From assembly GCA_043228905.1 (NCBI GenBank), contig JBHGNT010000010.1:12958001-13022000 (forward strand): 64,000 nt of DNA, given 5' to 3'. Under the pieces are notes generated by a model that worked only from the letters and a program-made list of their open reading frames with translations, did not search any database and was not told where the DNA came from. Of this stretch, positions 1-11,900 are shown piece after piece. Every line of letters begins with the position of its first letter. Position 1 is the first letter of the stretch. The stretch comes from Azolla caroliniana. Its lineage: Eukaryota; Plantae; Polypodiophyta. The position numbers and the translations under genes are program-made.

Positions 1-2780
1 ATTTATCGAGGCCACGTTAACTCATGATCTATGATGTATCTAGTGTTTCCAATGCCTGTACTTGTACCTGGGCGTCTCATGTAAAAAGCAAGGATCTGAA
101 CCAACTTGATTATTAGGGAATTCATTTAGTAAATGAATTAGTTAATGTAATATTCTAGTTCTTTGCTACAAATAAAGAAACATGGTGCAATGTTTATCGA
201 CTGTTGAACATTATTCTGCAATTTATGCATATTGTTTGAAATTGTATCAAGTTATCCAAAATATAATTGATGGTATACTAATTTGTCATAACAATGTTTA
301 GGAATAACCACGACTAAATATACTACTTCCTCTTGTCCCGAACAACATAAGGTTTTGTCAAATTTCATTTGAAACCTCTACCATTAATCGAATAATGGGA
401 TTAAGTTTCGACATTGATGTGAGGAGAAAAAAATCAAAGAAAAGTTTGTCATCAATCCTACAAACATCATATTGATGATTTTGTTAATTGTACATTATTG
501 CAATAGCTACTTTAGGTCATGAGTTAATGAGTTAGCAATCAATTAACACATAACATGAGTCGGAAATTTGATATTTGATATTGTCTTTTACATTACTCGG
601 AGTTGAACTCGGGTCTCTCGAGTGAGAGCAAAGTATCGTAACTAACTAGACTACAATGGATCACATATTGTGCACCTTTTAATATTGCAATTAATTGATT
701 AGTAATAAATAATATTTATATATGCCCAAGAATCAACGAAAAAACTCAGGAATATTCTAACACACTCTCGTTTTTAGGATTTATCGAGGTCACGTTAACT
801 CATGATCTATGATGTATCTAGTGTTTCCAATGCCTGTACTTGTACCCTGGCGTCTCATGTAAAAAGCAAGGATCTGAACCAACTTGATTATTAGGGAATT
901 CATTTAGTAATTGAATTAGTTAATGTAATATTCTAGTTCTTTGCTATAAATAAAGAAACATGGTGCAATGTTTATCGATTGTTGACCATTATTCTGCAAT
1001 TTATGCGTATTGTTTGAAATTGTATCAAGTTATCCAAAATATAATTGATGGTATACTAATTTGTCGTAACAATGTTTAGGAATAACCACGACTAAATATA
1101 CTACAGCCTCTTGTCCCGAACAACATAAGGTTTTGTCAAATTTCATTTGAAACCTCTACCATTAATCGAATAATGGGATTAAGTTTCGACATTGATGTGA
1201 GGAGAAAAAAATCAAAGAAAAGTTTGTCATCAATCCTACAAACATCATATTGATTATTTTGTTAATTGTACATTATTGTAATAGCTACTTTAGGTGAGTT
1301 TTTGAGTTAACAATCAATTAACACATAACATGAGTCGGAAATTTGATATTTGATATTGTCTTTTACATTACCGGGAGTTGAACTCGGGTCTCTCGGGTGA
1401 GAGCCGAGTATCGTAACTAACTAGACTACAATGGACCACATATTGTGTATGCACCTTTTAATATTGCAATTAATTGATTAGAAATATATAATATTTGTAT
1501 ATTGCCCAAGAATCAACGAAAAAACTCAGGAATATTCTAACACACTCTCGTTTTTAGGATTTATCGAGGCCACGTTAACTCATGATCTATGATGTATCTA
1601 GTGTTTCCAATGCCTGTACTTGTACCTGGGCGTCTCATGTAAAAAGCAAGGATCTGAACCAACTTGATTATTAGGGAATTCATTTAGTAAATGAATTAGT
1701 TAATGTAATATTCTAGTTCTTTGCTACAAATAAAGAAACATGGTGCAATGTTTATCGACTGTTGAACATTATTCTGCAATTTATGCATATTGGTTGAAAT
1801 TGTATCAAGTTATCCAAAATATAATTGATGGTATACTAATTTGTCATAACAATGTTTAGGAATAACCACGACTAAATATACTACTTCCTCTTGTCCCGAA
1901 CAACATAAGGTTTTGTCAAATTTCATTTGAAACCTCTACCATTAATCGAATAATGGGATTAAGTTTCGACATTGATGTGAGGAGAAAAAAATCAAAGAAA
2001 AGTTTGTCATCAATCCTACAAACATCATATTGATTATTTTGTTAATTGTACATTATTGTAATAGCTACTTTAGATCATGAGTTTTTGAGTTAGCAATCAA
2101 TTAACACATAACATGAGTCGGAAATTTGATATTTGATATTGTCTTTTACATTACTCGGAGTTGAACTCGGGTCTCTCGAGTGAGAGCCGAGTATCGTAAC
2201 TAACTAGACTACAATGGATCACATATTGTGCACCTTTTAATATTGCAATTAATTGATTAGTAATAAATAATATTTATATATGCCCAAGAATTAACGAAAA
2301 AACTCAGGAATATTCTAACACACTCTCGTTTTTAGGATTTATCGAGGTCACGTTAACTCATGATCTATGATGTATCTAGTGTTTCCAATGCCTGTACTTG
2401 TACCCTGGCGTCTCATGTAAAAAGCAAGGATCTGAACCAACTTGATTATTAGGGAATTCATTTAGTAATTGAATTAGTTAATGTAATATTCTAGTTCTTT
2501 GCTATAAATAAAGAAACATGGTGCAATGTTTATCGATTGTTGACCATTATTCTGCAATATATGCGTATTGTTTGAAATTGTATCAAGTTATCCAAAATAT
2601 AATTGATGGTATACTAATTTGTCGTAACAATGTTTAGGAATAACCACGACTAAATATACTACATCCTCTTGTCCCGAACAACATAAGGTTTTGTCAAATT
2701 TCATTTGAAACCTCTACCATTAATCGAATAATGGAATTAAGTTTCGAAATTGATGTGAGACGAAAAAAATCAAAGAAAAG
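1..2780 (-). repeat. tRNA-Glu-derived satellite, block 1 (~778-780 bp monomers, dimeric higher-order repeat)
   Basis: ATTTATCGAGG recurs at 1, 779, 1559 and 2337. Each monomer carries the reverse complement of a tRNA-Glu(CTC)-like sequence. Confidence 0.95.
1363..1435 (-). pseudogene. tRNA-Glu(CTC)-like copy in satellite monomer
   Basis: Reverse complement reads TCCATTGTAGTCTAGTTAGTTACGATACTCGGCTCTCACCCGAGAGACCCGAGTTCAACTCCCGGTAATGTAA. The anticodon arm is intact, but the D-loop GG, T-stem and acceptor stem are mutated. Confidence 0.8.
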
Positions 2781-4911
2781 ACGAAGTTTCAAATGAAATT
2801 TTACAATACATTCTGTTGTTCAGGACAAGAAGAAGCACTATATTTAGTCGTGGTTATTCCTCAACATTGTTACGACAAATTAGTACACCAACAATTATAG
2901 TTTGGATAACTTGATACAATTTCAAAAAATAGGCATAGATTGCAAAATAATGGTCAATTGTCGATGAGCATTGCACCATGTTTGTTTATTTGTAGCAAAG
3001 GACTAGAATATTATATTAACTAATTTATTTAATACATGAATTCCATTGTACTCTAGTTGGTTTGGATCCTTGCTTTTTACACGAGACGTCCGGGTACAAC
3101 AACAGGCATTAGAAACACTAGATACATCATAGATCATAAGTTCATGTGCCATCGATAAAAACCCTTCAAATTATTAAATCTTAAAATCGAGAGTGTGTTA
3201 GAATAATCCTCCGTTTCTCGTTAATGCTTGTGCAATATATAAATATTATTTATTTCTAATCAATGATTGCAATATTAAAAAGTGCACAAGATGTGATACA
3301 TTGTAGTCTAGTTGGTTAGGATACTCGGCTCTCACCCAAGAGACCCGGGTTCAACTACCAACAATGGAAACGACAATATTATATATTAAATTTCCGACGC
3401 ATGTCATGTGGTAACTGTTTGATAACTCAAAAAATCTACAATAATGTACAATTAACTAAATAATCAATATTATGTTTGAAGCATTGATGACGAACTTTAC
3501 TTTCATTTTTTTCTCCTAACATCAATTTCTAAACTTAATCTCATTATTTGATTAATGGTAGAGGTTTCAAATGAAATTTGACAAAACATTATGTTGTTCG
3601 GGACAAGAAGAAGCAATATATTTAGTCGTGGTTATTCCTCAACATTGTTACGACAAATTAGTACACCAACAATTATAGTTTGGATAACTTGATACAATTT
3701 CAAAAAATACGCATAGATTGTAGAATAATGGTCAACTTTCGAGAAGCATTTCTTAACTAATCAATATTATGTTTGTAGGATTGATGACGAACATTCCTTT
3801 GTTTTTTCTCTCCCAACATTAATTTCTAAAGTTAATCCCATTATTTGATTAATGGTAGAGGTTTTAAATATAATTGGACAAAATATTATGTTGTTCGGCA
3901 CAACAAGAAGTAGTATATATAGTCGTGGTTATTCCTCAAGATTGTTACCACAAATTAGTACACCGACAATTATAGTTTGGATAACTTGATGCAATATCAA
4001 AAAATACGCATGGATTGTAAAATAATGGTCAACTCTCGATGAGCATTGCAGCATGTTTTTCTATTTGTAGGAAAGCACTAGAATATTACATTAACTAATT
4101 CATTTACTAAATGAATTCCATTGTAGTCTAGTTGGTTCGGATCCTTGCTTTTTACCCGAGACGCCTAGGTACTAGTACAAGCATTGGAAACACTAGATAC
4201 ATCATAGATCATGAGTTAATGTCGCATCGATAAAAAGCGTTGAAATTATTAAATCTTATAAACGAGACTGTGATAGAATAATCTTGCGTTCGCCGTTGAT
4301 GCTTGCACAATATATAAATATTTTTATTTCTAATCAATGATTGCAATATTAAAAAGCGCACAAGATGTGATCCATTGTAGTCTAGTTGGTTAGGATATTC
4401 GTCTCTCACTGAAGAGACCCGAGTTGAATTCATGTGAATGGAAAAGACAATATCATATATCAAATTTCCGATGCATGTCATGTGTGAATTGTTTGATAAC
4501 TCAAAAACTCAAGACCTAAAGTAGTTGTTACTATAATGTACAGTTAACAAAATAATCAATATTATGCCCGTAGGATTGATTACGAACATTACTTTGATTT
4601 TTTTCTCCTAATATCAATTTCTAAACTTAATCCCATTATTCATTTAATGGTAGAGGTTTCAAATGAAATTTGACAAAACATTACGTACTTCGGGACAAGA
4701 AGAAGCACTATATTTAGTTGTGGTTATTCTTGAACATTGTTACGAAAAATTAGTACACCAACAATTATTATCTGGGTAACTTGATACAATTTCAAAAAAT
4801 ACGCATAGATCGTAGAATAATGGTCAACTGTCCATGAGCATTGCACCATGTTTCTATATTTGTAGAAAAGGACTAGAATATTACATTAACTAATTCATTT
4901 GCTAAATGAAT

Positions 4912-4984
4912 TCCATTGTAGTCTAGTTGGTTTGGATCCTTGATTTTTACCCGAGACGCCCGAGTACATCTACAGGCATTGGAA
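4912..4984 (+). pseudogene. second, decayed tRNA-Glu paralogue present in the satellite monomers (example copy)
   Basis: TCCATTGTAGTCTAGTTGGTTTGGATCCTTGATTTTTACCCGAGACGCCCGAGTACATCTACAGGCATTGGAA is 73 nt and colinear with the intact copy. The B box TTC is changed to TAC and the anticodon loop CTCTCAC to TTTTTAC. Confidence 0.8.
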
Positions 4985-5303
4985 ACACTAGATACCTCAT
5001 AGATCATGAGTTAATGTGGCATCGATAAAAACCCTTGAAATTGTTAAATCTTAAAAATCAGAGTGTGTTAGAATAATCCTCAATTTTTTGTTGATGCTTT
5101 CGTAATATATAAATATTATTTATTACTAATCAATGATTGGAATATTAAAAAGTGCACAAGATGTGATTCACTGTAGTCTAGTTGGTGAGGATACTCGTCT
5201 CTCACCCGAGAGACCCGGGTTCAATTCTCGGCAATGGAAAAGACAATATCAAATATCAAATTTTCGACTCATGTCATTTGTTAACTAATTGATAACTCAA
5301 AAA

Positions 5304-5743
5304 TTGATGGAAGTGTACAATACATTAATGGGGTGATTCATTCATTAGGAATTGCTATTGACACTTATACATAGGAAGTAGAATTCCATGTAATGAATCT
5401 TTGTACCACTGATGTAATATTGGGTTCTCCCTGCTTTTTTAATAAAAACTCTTCTTTATCTATTGATTGGGTTCATCATTCAATTACAATTGTACTGAAC
5501 GATTGTACTCATTTTATTCAATGTGTTAAAAAACAATATCTTTCGATTGTTTCCTCTCCATTAATATCCGAGTTGTCTTGTTCGACTTTATTTTATTGGA
5601 TACTTGATCCGGACATTCACATTTACAATATTGACAATGTCTCGGCTCAATTAACATAATTTGAACAACAACTTGATGAAATCTTAAATGATTTTCATGA
5701 TGTTTTTCCAAATGAAGTACCAGATGGGTTACCTCCTAAACGT
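5304..5743 (+). pseudogene. Ty3/gypsy (chromovirus-like) pol fragment: protease C-terminus and pre-RT linker
   Basis: Translates to DVILGSP...SIDW... and ...LDEILNDFHDVFPNEVPDGLPPKR, which are typical protease-end and pre-RT motifs. Contains stops. Confidence 0.65.
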
Positions 5744-6221
5744 CGTCGTGAAGATTTCAAGCTATAGTGTGAAACCGGGGTGGAATAGGGCAAGTTGGTG
5801 GTGGGCAACATGTGCACATGTATAGTAGGAAAACGGTGTATAGAATAAGGGGGAGTATTGATCCCACATTGTAACGTTCCTCCCTCCTTGCTCTATAAAA
5901 GGAAGGGAGGGGTCTCTTGTATGGGGTTGACCATTTTGACTTAGGAAGGTATACCGTTAAATTTAGGGTTAGGCAATTTCCCTTTTTCTTACTTCGTTCT
6001 AGGGTTTCATCTAGTTAGTTTTCTTCTTCTTTGTCGTCGTGTGGGTTGAGAGTTCGTGTCTGTTTAGGGTTTGCTTCTGCTCGGTCTCCTATGCAGGACT
6101 CTGCTCGTCGCGACGAGCCCGAGAGCTCCCCGATCGGCAGCTTGGCAGCAAACTGCTCTTAACCTAACCTACCTTGGTCCGGCTCGAAGCCAGGATTGTA
6201 TCTTCCCTTGTAATATATATA
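5744..6221 (+). mobile_element. 3'-truncated LTR of the Trp-primed gypsy group
   Basis: Starts (C/T)GTCGTGAAGATTTCAAGCTATAGTGTGAAA, similar to the LTR starts at 57978 and 61216. Has a TATA box (CTATAAAA) and is preceded by ACGT. Satellite resumes at ~6222. Confidence 0.6.
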
Positions 6222-7355
6222 CAACTCCCGGAAATTGTGTAGAAAATATCAAATATCAAATATCCAACGCATGTCATGTGTTTGATAACTCAAAAACTCA
6301 AGACCTAAAGTAGCATTTACAATAATGTACAATGAACAAAATAATTAATATTATGTTTCAAGGATTGATCACGAAGTTTACTTTGATGTATTTCTGCTAA
6401 CATCAATTTCTAAACTTAATTCCATTATTCGATTAATGGTAAAGGTTTTCATTGAAATTGGACAAAACACTATGTTGTTCGGGACAAGAAGAAGCACTAT
6501 ATTTAATCGTGGTTATTCCTCAAGATTGTTACGAAAAATTAGTACACCAACAATTATAGTTTGGATAACTTGATACAATTTCAAAAAATACACATAGATT
6601 GTAGAATAATGGTCAACTATCGATGAGCATTGCACTATGTTTCTTTATTTATAGCAAAGCACTAGAATATTCCATTAACTAATTCATTTACTATATGAAT
6701 TCCATTATAGTCTAGTTTGTTCGGATCCTTGGCTTTGACCCAAGACACCCGGGTACAAGTACGGGCATTGGAAACACAAGATACATCATAGATCATAAGT
6801 TAATGTGGCATCGATAAAAACCCTTGAAATTATCAAATCTTAAAAACAAGAGTGTGTTAGAATAATCTTGCGTTTTTCGGTGATGCTTGCACAATATATA
6901 AATATTATTTATTTCTAATCAATGATTGCAATATTAAAAAGCGCACAAGATGTGATCCATTGTAGTCTAGTTGGTTAGGATACTCGGCTCTTACTCGACA
7001 GAACTGGGTTCAACCTCTAGCAATGGAAAAGAAAATATCTAATATCAAATTTCCAACGCATGTCATGTGTTTGATAATTCGAAAACTCAAAACCTAAAGT
7101 AGTAGTTATAATAATGTGCAATTAAAAAAAAATTGAATATTATGTTTGTAGGTTTGATGACCAACTTTACTTTGATTTTACTGTCATTACATCAATTTTT
7201 AAACTTAAAAACATTATTCGATTAATGGTAGAGGTTTCAAATGAAATTTGACAAAACATTCTGTTGTTCGGGACAAGAAGAAGCAGTATATGTACTCGTG
7301 GTTATTCCTCGATTGTTACGAAAAATTTGTACACAAGCAATTATAGTTTGGATAA

Positions 7356-7817
7356 TGTTACTCTTTAGGGCTAGACAATGGCCTAACATAGGGTGTCTAC
7401 AGAAGACACTTCACAAAAGGGTGTTATGGTGAAACAAAGTTAGACCGACGATTAATCAGTCCTTAATCGGTTACCTTAGCAACAACTCCTTAATTTTAAT
7501 ACACGCATAAGATCAAAAGTAATTAGCACGGAACAGTAATTAATACACAAAGATAAGGAAATAGAGCTTTATTAATTATCCGTCGTCAATTAATATGTAA
7601 CCGGGCCTTTTTATAGATCACCGGCTCTGCCTCCAAAACGGTGCCAACTGGCACACTAATATGAACCGGTCCGGATCCGGATCGGCATACCGATTCCGGT
7701 CTGTCCGTTCACTTCTCTAAAATCTACTTAATTACTTAATATCCTAATAACAGCCTCTGATTATTTCTACCCTTTCATATTCTGGACTGTCCTCCACTCC
7801 TTGCCGGCTCGCTAACA
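7356..7817. mobile_element. solo LTR (probably Ty1/copia)
   Basis: TGTTA...TAACA termini and a 5-bp TSD GATAA/AATAA (1 mismatch). It interrupts the satellite sequence TTTGGATAACTTGATAC. Shares TCCGGATCCGG and a TTGCCG...AACA end with the copia LTR at 31952-32350. Confidence 0.8.
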
Positions 7818-8297
7818 AATAAATTGATACAATTTCAAAAAATCTGCACAGATTATAGAAAAATGGTCAACTTTCGATGAGCATTGCACCATTTTCTTTT
7901 TTTGTAGCAATGGACTAGAATATTACATTAACTAATTCATTTTCTAAATGAATTCAATTGTAGTCCGGTTGGTTAGGATACTCGGCTCTCACCCAAGAGA
8001 TCCGGGTTCAACTCCTGGCAAACACTAGATACACCATAGATCATCAGTTAATGTGGCATTGATAAAAACCTTTGAACTTATTAAATCTTAAAAACGAGAG
8101 TGTGTTAGAATAATCATGCGTGATACACCATAGATCATGAGTTAATGTGGCATCGATAAAAACCCTTGAACTTATTAAATCTTAAAAATGAGAGTGTGAT
8201 ACAATAATCCTACGTTTTTCGTTGATGCTTGCGTAATATATAAATATTATTTATTCCTAATCAATGATTGCAATATTAAAAAGCGCACAAGATGTGA

Positions 8298-8370
8298 TCC
8301 ATTGTAGTCTAGTTGGTTAGGATACTCGGCTCTCACCCGAGAGATCCGAGTTCAACACCCGGCAATGGAA
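8298..8370 (+). tRNA. tRNA-Glu(CTC), best-preserved satellite copy (possibly a pseudogene)
   Basis: TCCATTG TA GTCT AGTTGGTT AGGAT A CTCGG CTCTCAC CCGAG AGAT CCGAG TTCAACA CCCGG CAATGGA A. Acceptor, D and anticodon arms are intact, with one T-stem mismatch. An AT-rich box and a CAA motif lie upstream. Confidence 0.6.
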
Positions 8371-8954
8371 ACACTAGATACACCATAGATCATCCGTTAA
8401 TGTGGCATTGATAAAAACCCTTTAACTTATTAAATCTTAAAAACGAGAGTGTGTTAGAATAATCCTACGTTTTTTGTTGATGCTTGCGCAATTTATAAAT
8501 ATGATTTATTTCTAATCAATGATCCCGTGTAGTCTAGTTGGTTAGGATAATATACAATTAACAAAATAATCAATATTATGTTTGTAGAATTTATGAAGAA
8601 CTTTATTACAATTAGGTTTTTTTCTCCTAACATCAATTTCTAAACTTAATTCCATTATTCAGTTAATGGTAGATGTTTCAAATGAAATTTGACAAAACCA
8701 GGACAAGAAGAAGTAATATATTTAGTCATGGTTATTCCTCAAGATTGTTACGACAAGTTAGTCCACCAACAATTATAGTTTGGATAACTTGATACAATTT
8801 CAAAAAATACACATAGATTGTAGAATAATGGTCAAATGTCAATGAGTATTGCACCACGTTTCTTTATTTGTAGCACAGGACTAGAATATTACATTAACTA
8901 ATTCATTTACTAAATGAATTCCATTATAGTCTAGTTGGTTAGGATACTCAGCAA

Positions 8955-11900
8955 ACAGAATATTTATTATTTTGTTAATTGTACATTATTGTAACAATTA
9001 CTTTTGTTCATCATCAATATTACGAACTTAATATTTATTATTTTGTTAATTGTACATTATTGTAACAATTACTTTTGAGGTTTTGAGTTATCAAACAATT
9101 TACATATGCCAGGAGTTGAACTCGGGTCTCTCGGGTGAGAGGCGAATATCCTAACCAACTAGTCTACAATGGAACAAATATTGTGCGCTTTTTAATATTG
9201 CAATCATTGATTAGAAATCTTGTGGATTTTTTAATATTACAATCATTGATTAGCATCAACGAACAATTGAGGATTATTTTAACACACTCTCATTTTTAAG
9301 ATTTAGTAATTTCAAGGGTTTTTATCGATGACACATTTAGTCATGATCTATTATGTATGTAGTGTTTCTAATGCCTGGTGTTGTACCAAGGTGTCTCAGT
9401 TAAAAACCAAGGATCCAAATCAAGTAGACTACAATGGAATTTATTTAGCACATGAATTAGTTAATGTAATTTTGTACTCCTTTGTTACAAATAAAGAAAC
9501 ATGGTACAATGCTCATCGACAATTGATCATTATTCTACAATCTATGCGTATTTTCTGAAATGTATCAAGTTATCCAAACTATAATTGTTGGTGTTCTAAT
9601 TTGTCATAACAATGTTGAGGAATAACCACGACTAAATATATTGCCACTTCCTTCTTTTTGTCCCGAACTACATAATGTTTTGTCAAATTTCATTTGAAAC
9701 CTCGACCATTAATTGAATAATGTTATTAAGTTTAAAAATTGATGTTACGACAATAAAATGAAAGTAATTTTCTTCATCAATCCTACAAACATAATATTGA
9801 TTATTTTGTTAATGGTATATTATTGTAACAACTACTTTAGGTCCTTACTTTTTGAGTTATCAAACAGTTAACACATGACATGCGTCGGAAATTTGGTATT
9901 TGATATTGTGTTTTCCATTGCCGAGAATTGAACCTGGGTCTCTCAGGTGAGAGCAGAGTATCCTAACCAACTAAACTATAATTGAGCACATCCTTTGTGC
10001 TTTTTAATATTGTAATCATTGATTAGAAATAAATAATATTTATATATTGCGCAAGCATCAATGAAAAACTAAGGATTATTCTAACCCACTCTCATTTTTA
10101 AGATTCAATAATTTCAAGAGTTTTTATCGATGCCACATTAACTCATGATCTATCATGTATTTGGTGTTTCCCATGCCTGTAGTTGTACACGGGCATGTAG
10201 GGCAAAAAGCATAGATCTAAACTAATTAGAGTACAATGGAATTCATTTAGTTAATGTAATATTCAAGTCCTTCACTCCAAATTAAGATACATGGTGCAAT
10301 GCTCATCGACATTTGACCATTATTCTACAATCTATGCGTAGTTTTCGAAATTGCATCAAGTTATCCAAACTATAATTGTTGGTGTACTATTTTGTCAAAA
10401 CAATCTTGAGGAATAGCCACGACTAAATATATTGTTTCTTCTTGTCCCGAATAACATAATGTTTGGTCAAATTTCATTTGAAGCCTCTATCATTGATCGA
10501 ATAATGGGATTAAGTTTACAAATTGATGTTAAGAGAAAAAAATCAAAGTCAAGTTCGTCATCAATCCTACAAACATGATATTGATTACTTTGTTAATTGT
10601 ACATTATTGTCATGTAAAGTTCGCCTTGAGTTTTTGAGTTATCGATCATTTAAAAGATGACATGCGTCGGAAATTTGATATTTGATATTCCTGACAAACT
10701 AGACTACAATGGATCACATCTTGTGTGCTTTTTAATATTGCAATACTTGATTAGAAATAAATAACATTTATATATTGCGTAAGCATCATTGAAAAAACTG
10801 CAGATTATTCTAACACACTCTTGTTTTTAAGATTTAATAATTTCAAGAGTTTTTATCAATTCCACATTAACTCATGATCTATGATCTATCTAGTGTTTCC
10901 AATGCCTGGAGTTGTGCCCGAGCGTCTTGGGTAAAAACCAAGGTTCCAAACAAAGTAGACTACAATGGAATTCATTAACGAAATAAATTTTACTCCTTTG
11001 CTCCAAATAAAGAAACATGTTTGAAAATATATTAGGTTATGCAAACTATAATTTATGATGTACTATTTTGGCGTAACAATACTTGTCCTTCTTGTCCCGA
11101 ACTACATAATGTTTTGTCAAATTTCATTTTAGACATGCACCATTAATGGAATAATGGGATTACGTTTACAAATTGATGTTAGGAGAAAAAAATCAAAGTA
11201 AAGTTCCTCATCATCAATCCTACAAACATAAGATTGATTATTTTGTTCATTGTAAATTATTGTAACAACTACTTTAGGTCTTGTGTTTTTGAGGTATCAA
11301 ACACTTTACACATGACATGCGTTGGAAGTTTGATATTTGATATTGTCTCTTCCTAGCCGAGATTATCCAACTATAGTTTGGATAACCTAATACATTTTCA
11401 TTGAGCAGTGTACTAATTTGTTGTAACAATGTTGAGGAATAACCACGACTAAATATAGTGCCACTTCCTTCTTTTTGTCCTGAACTAGATAATGTTTTGT
11501 CAATTTTGATTTGAAACCTATACCATTAATTGAATAATGGGATTAAGTTTAGAACTTGATGTTAGGAGAATAAAATAAACGCAATGTTAGTAGAATAAAC
11601 ATCATATTGATTATGGGCTAACTAGACATTATTGTAACACGTAATTTAGCTCTTCAGTTTTTGAGATATCAAACACTTTAGACATGACATGCATTGGAAA
11701 TTTAATATTTGATATTGTCTTTTCCATTACTGGGTTCAACCCGGGTTTCTTGGGTAAGAGCCGAGTATCCTAACCAACTAGACTACAATGGATAACATCT
11801 AGTGCGCTCTCTAATATTGCTATCATTTACTAAAAATAAATAAAATTTATATATTGCGCAAGTATTAACGAACAACCGAGGATGATTCAAACACACTGTC

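Larger units (their letters stand above)
2786..8950 (+). repeat. tRNA-Glu-derived satellite, block 2 (inverted relative to block 1; interrupted by LTR fragments)
   Basis: Orientation switches at ~2780-2786 (GTTTCAAATGAAATT is the reverse complement of block 1 AATTTCATTTGAAAC). Monomers are more diverged and partly truncated. Confidence 0.9.
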
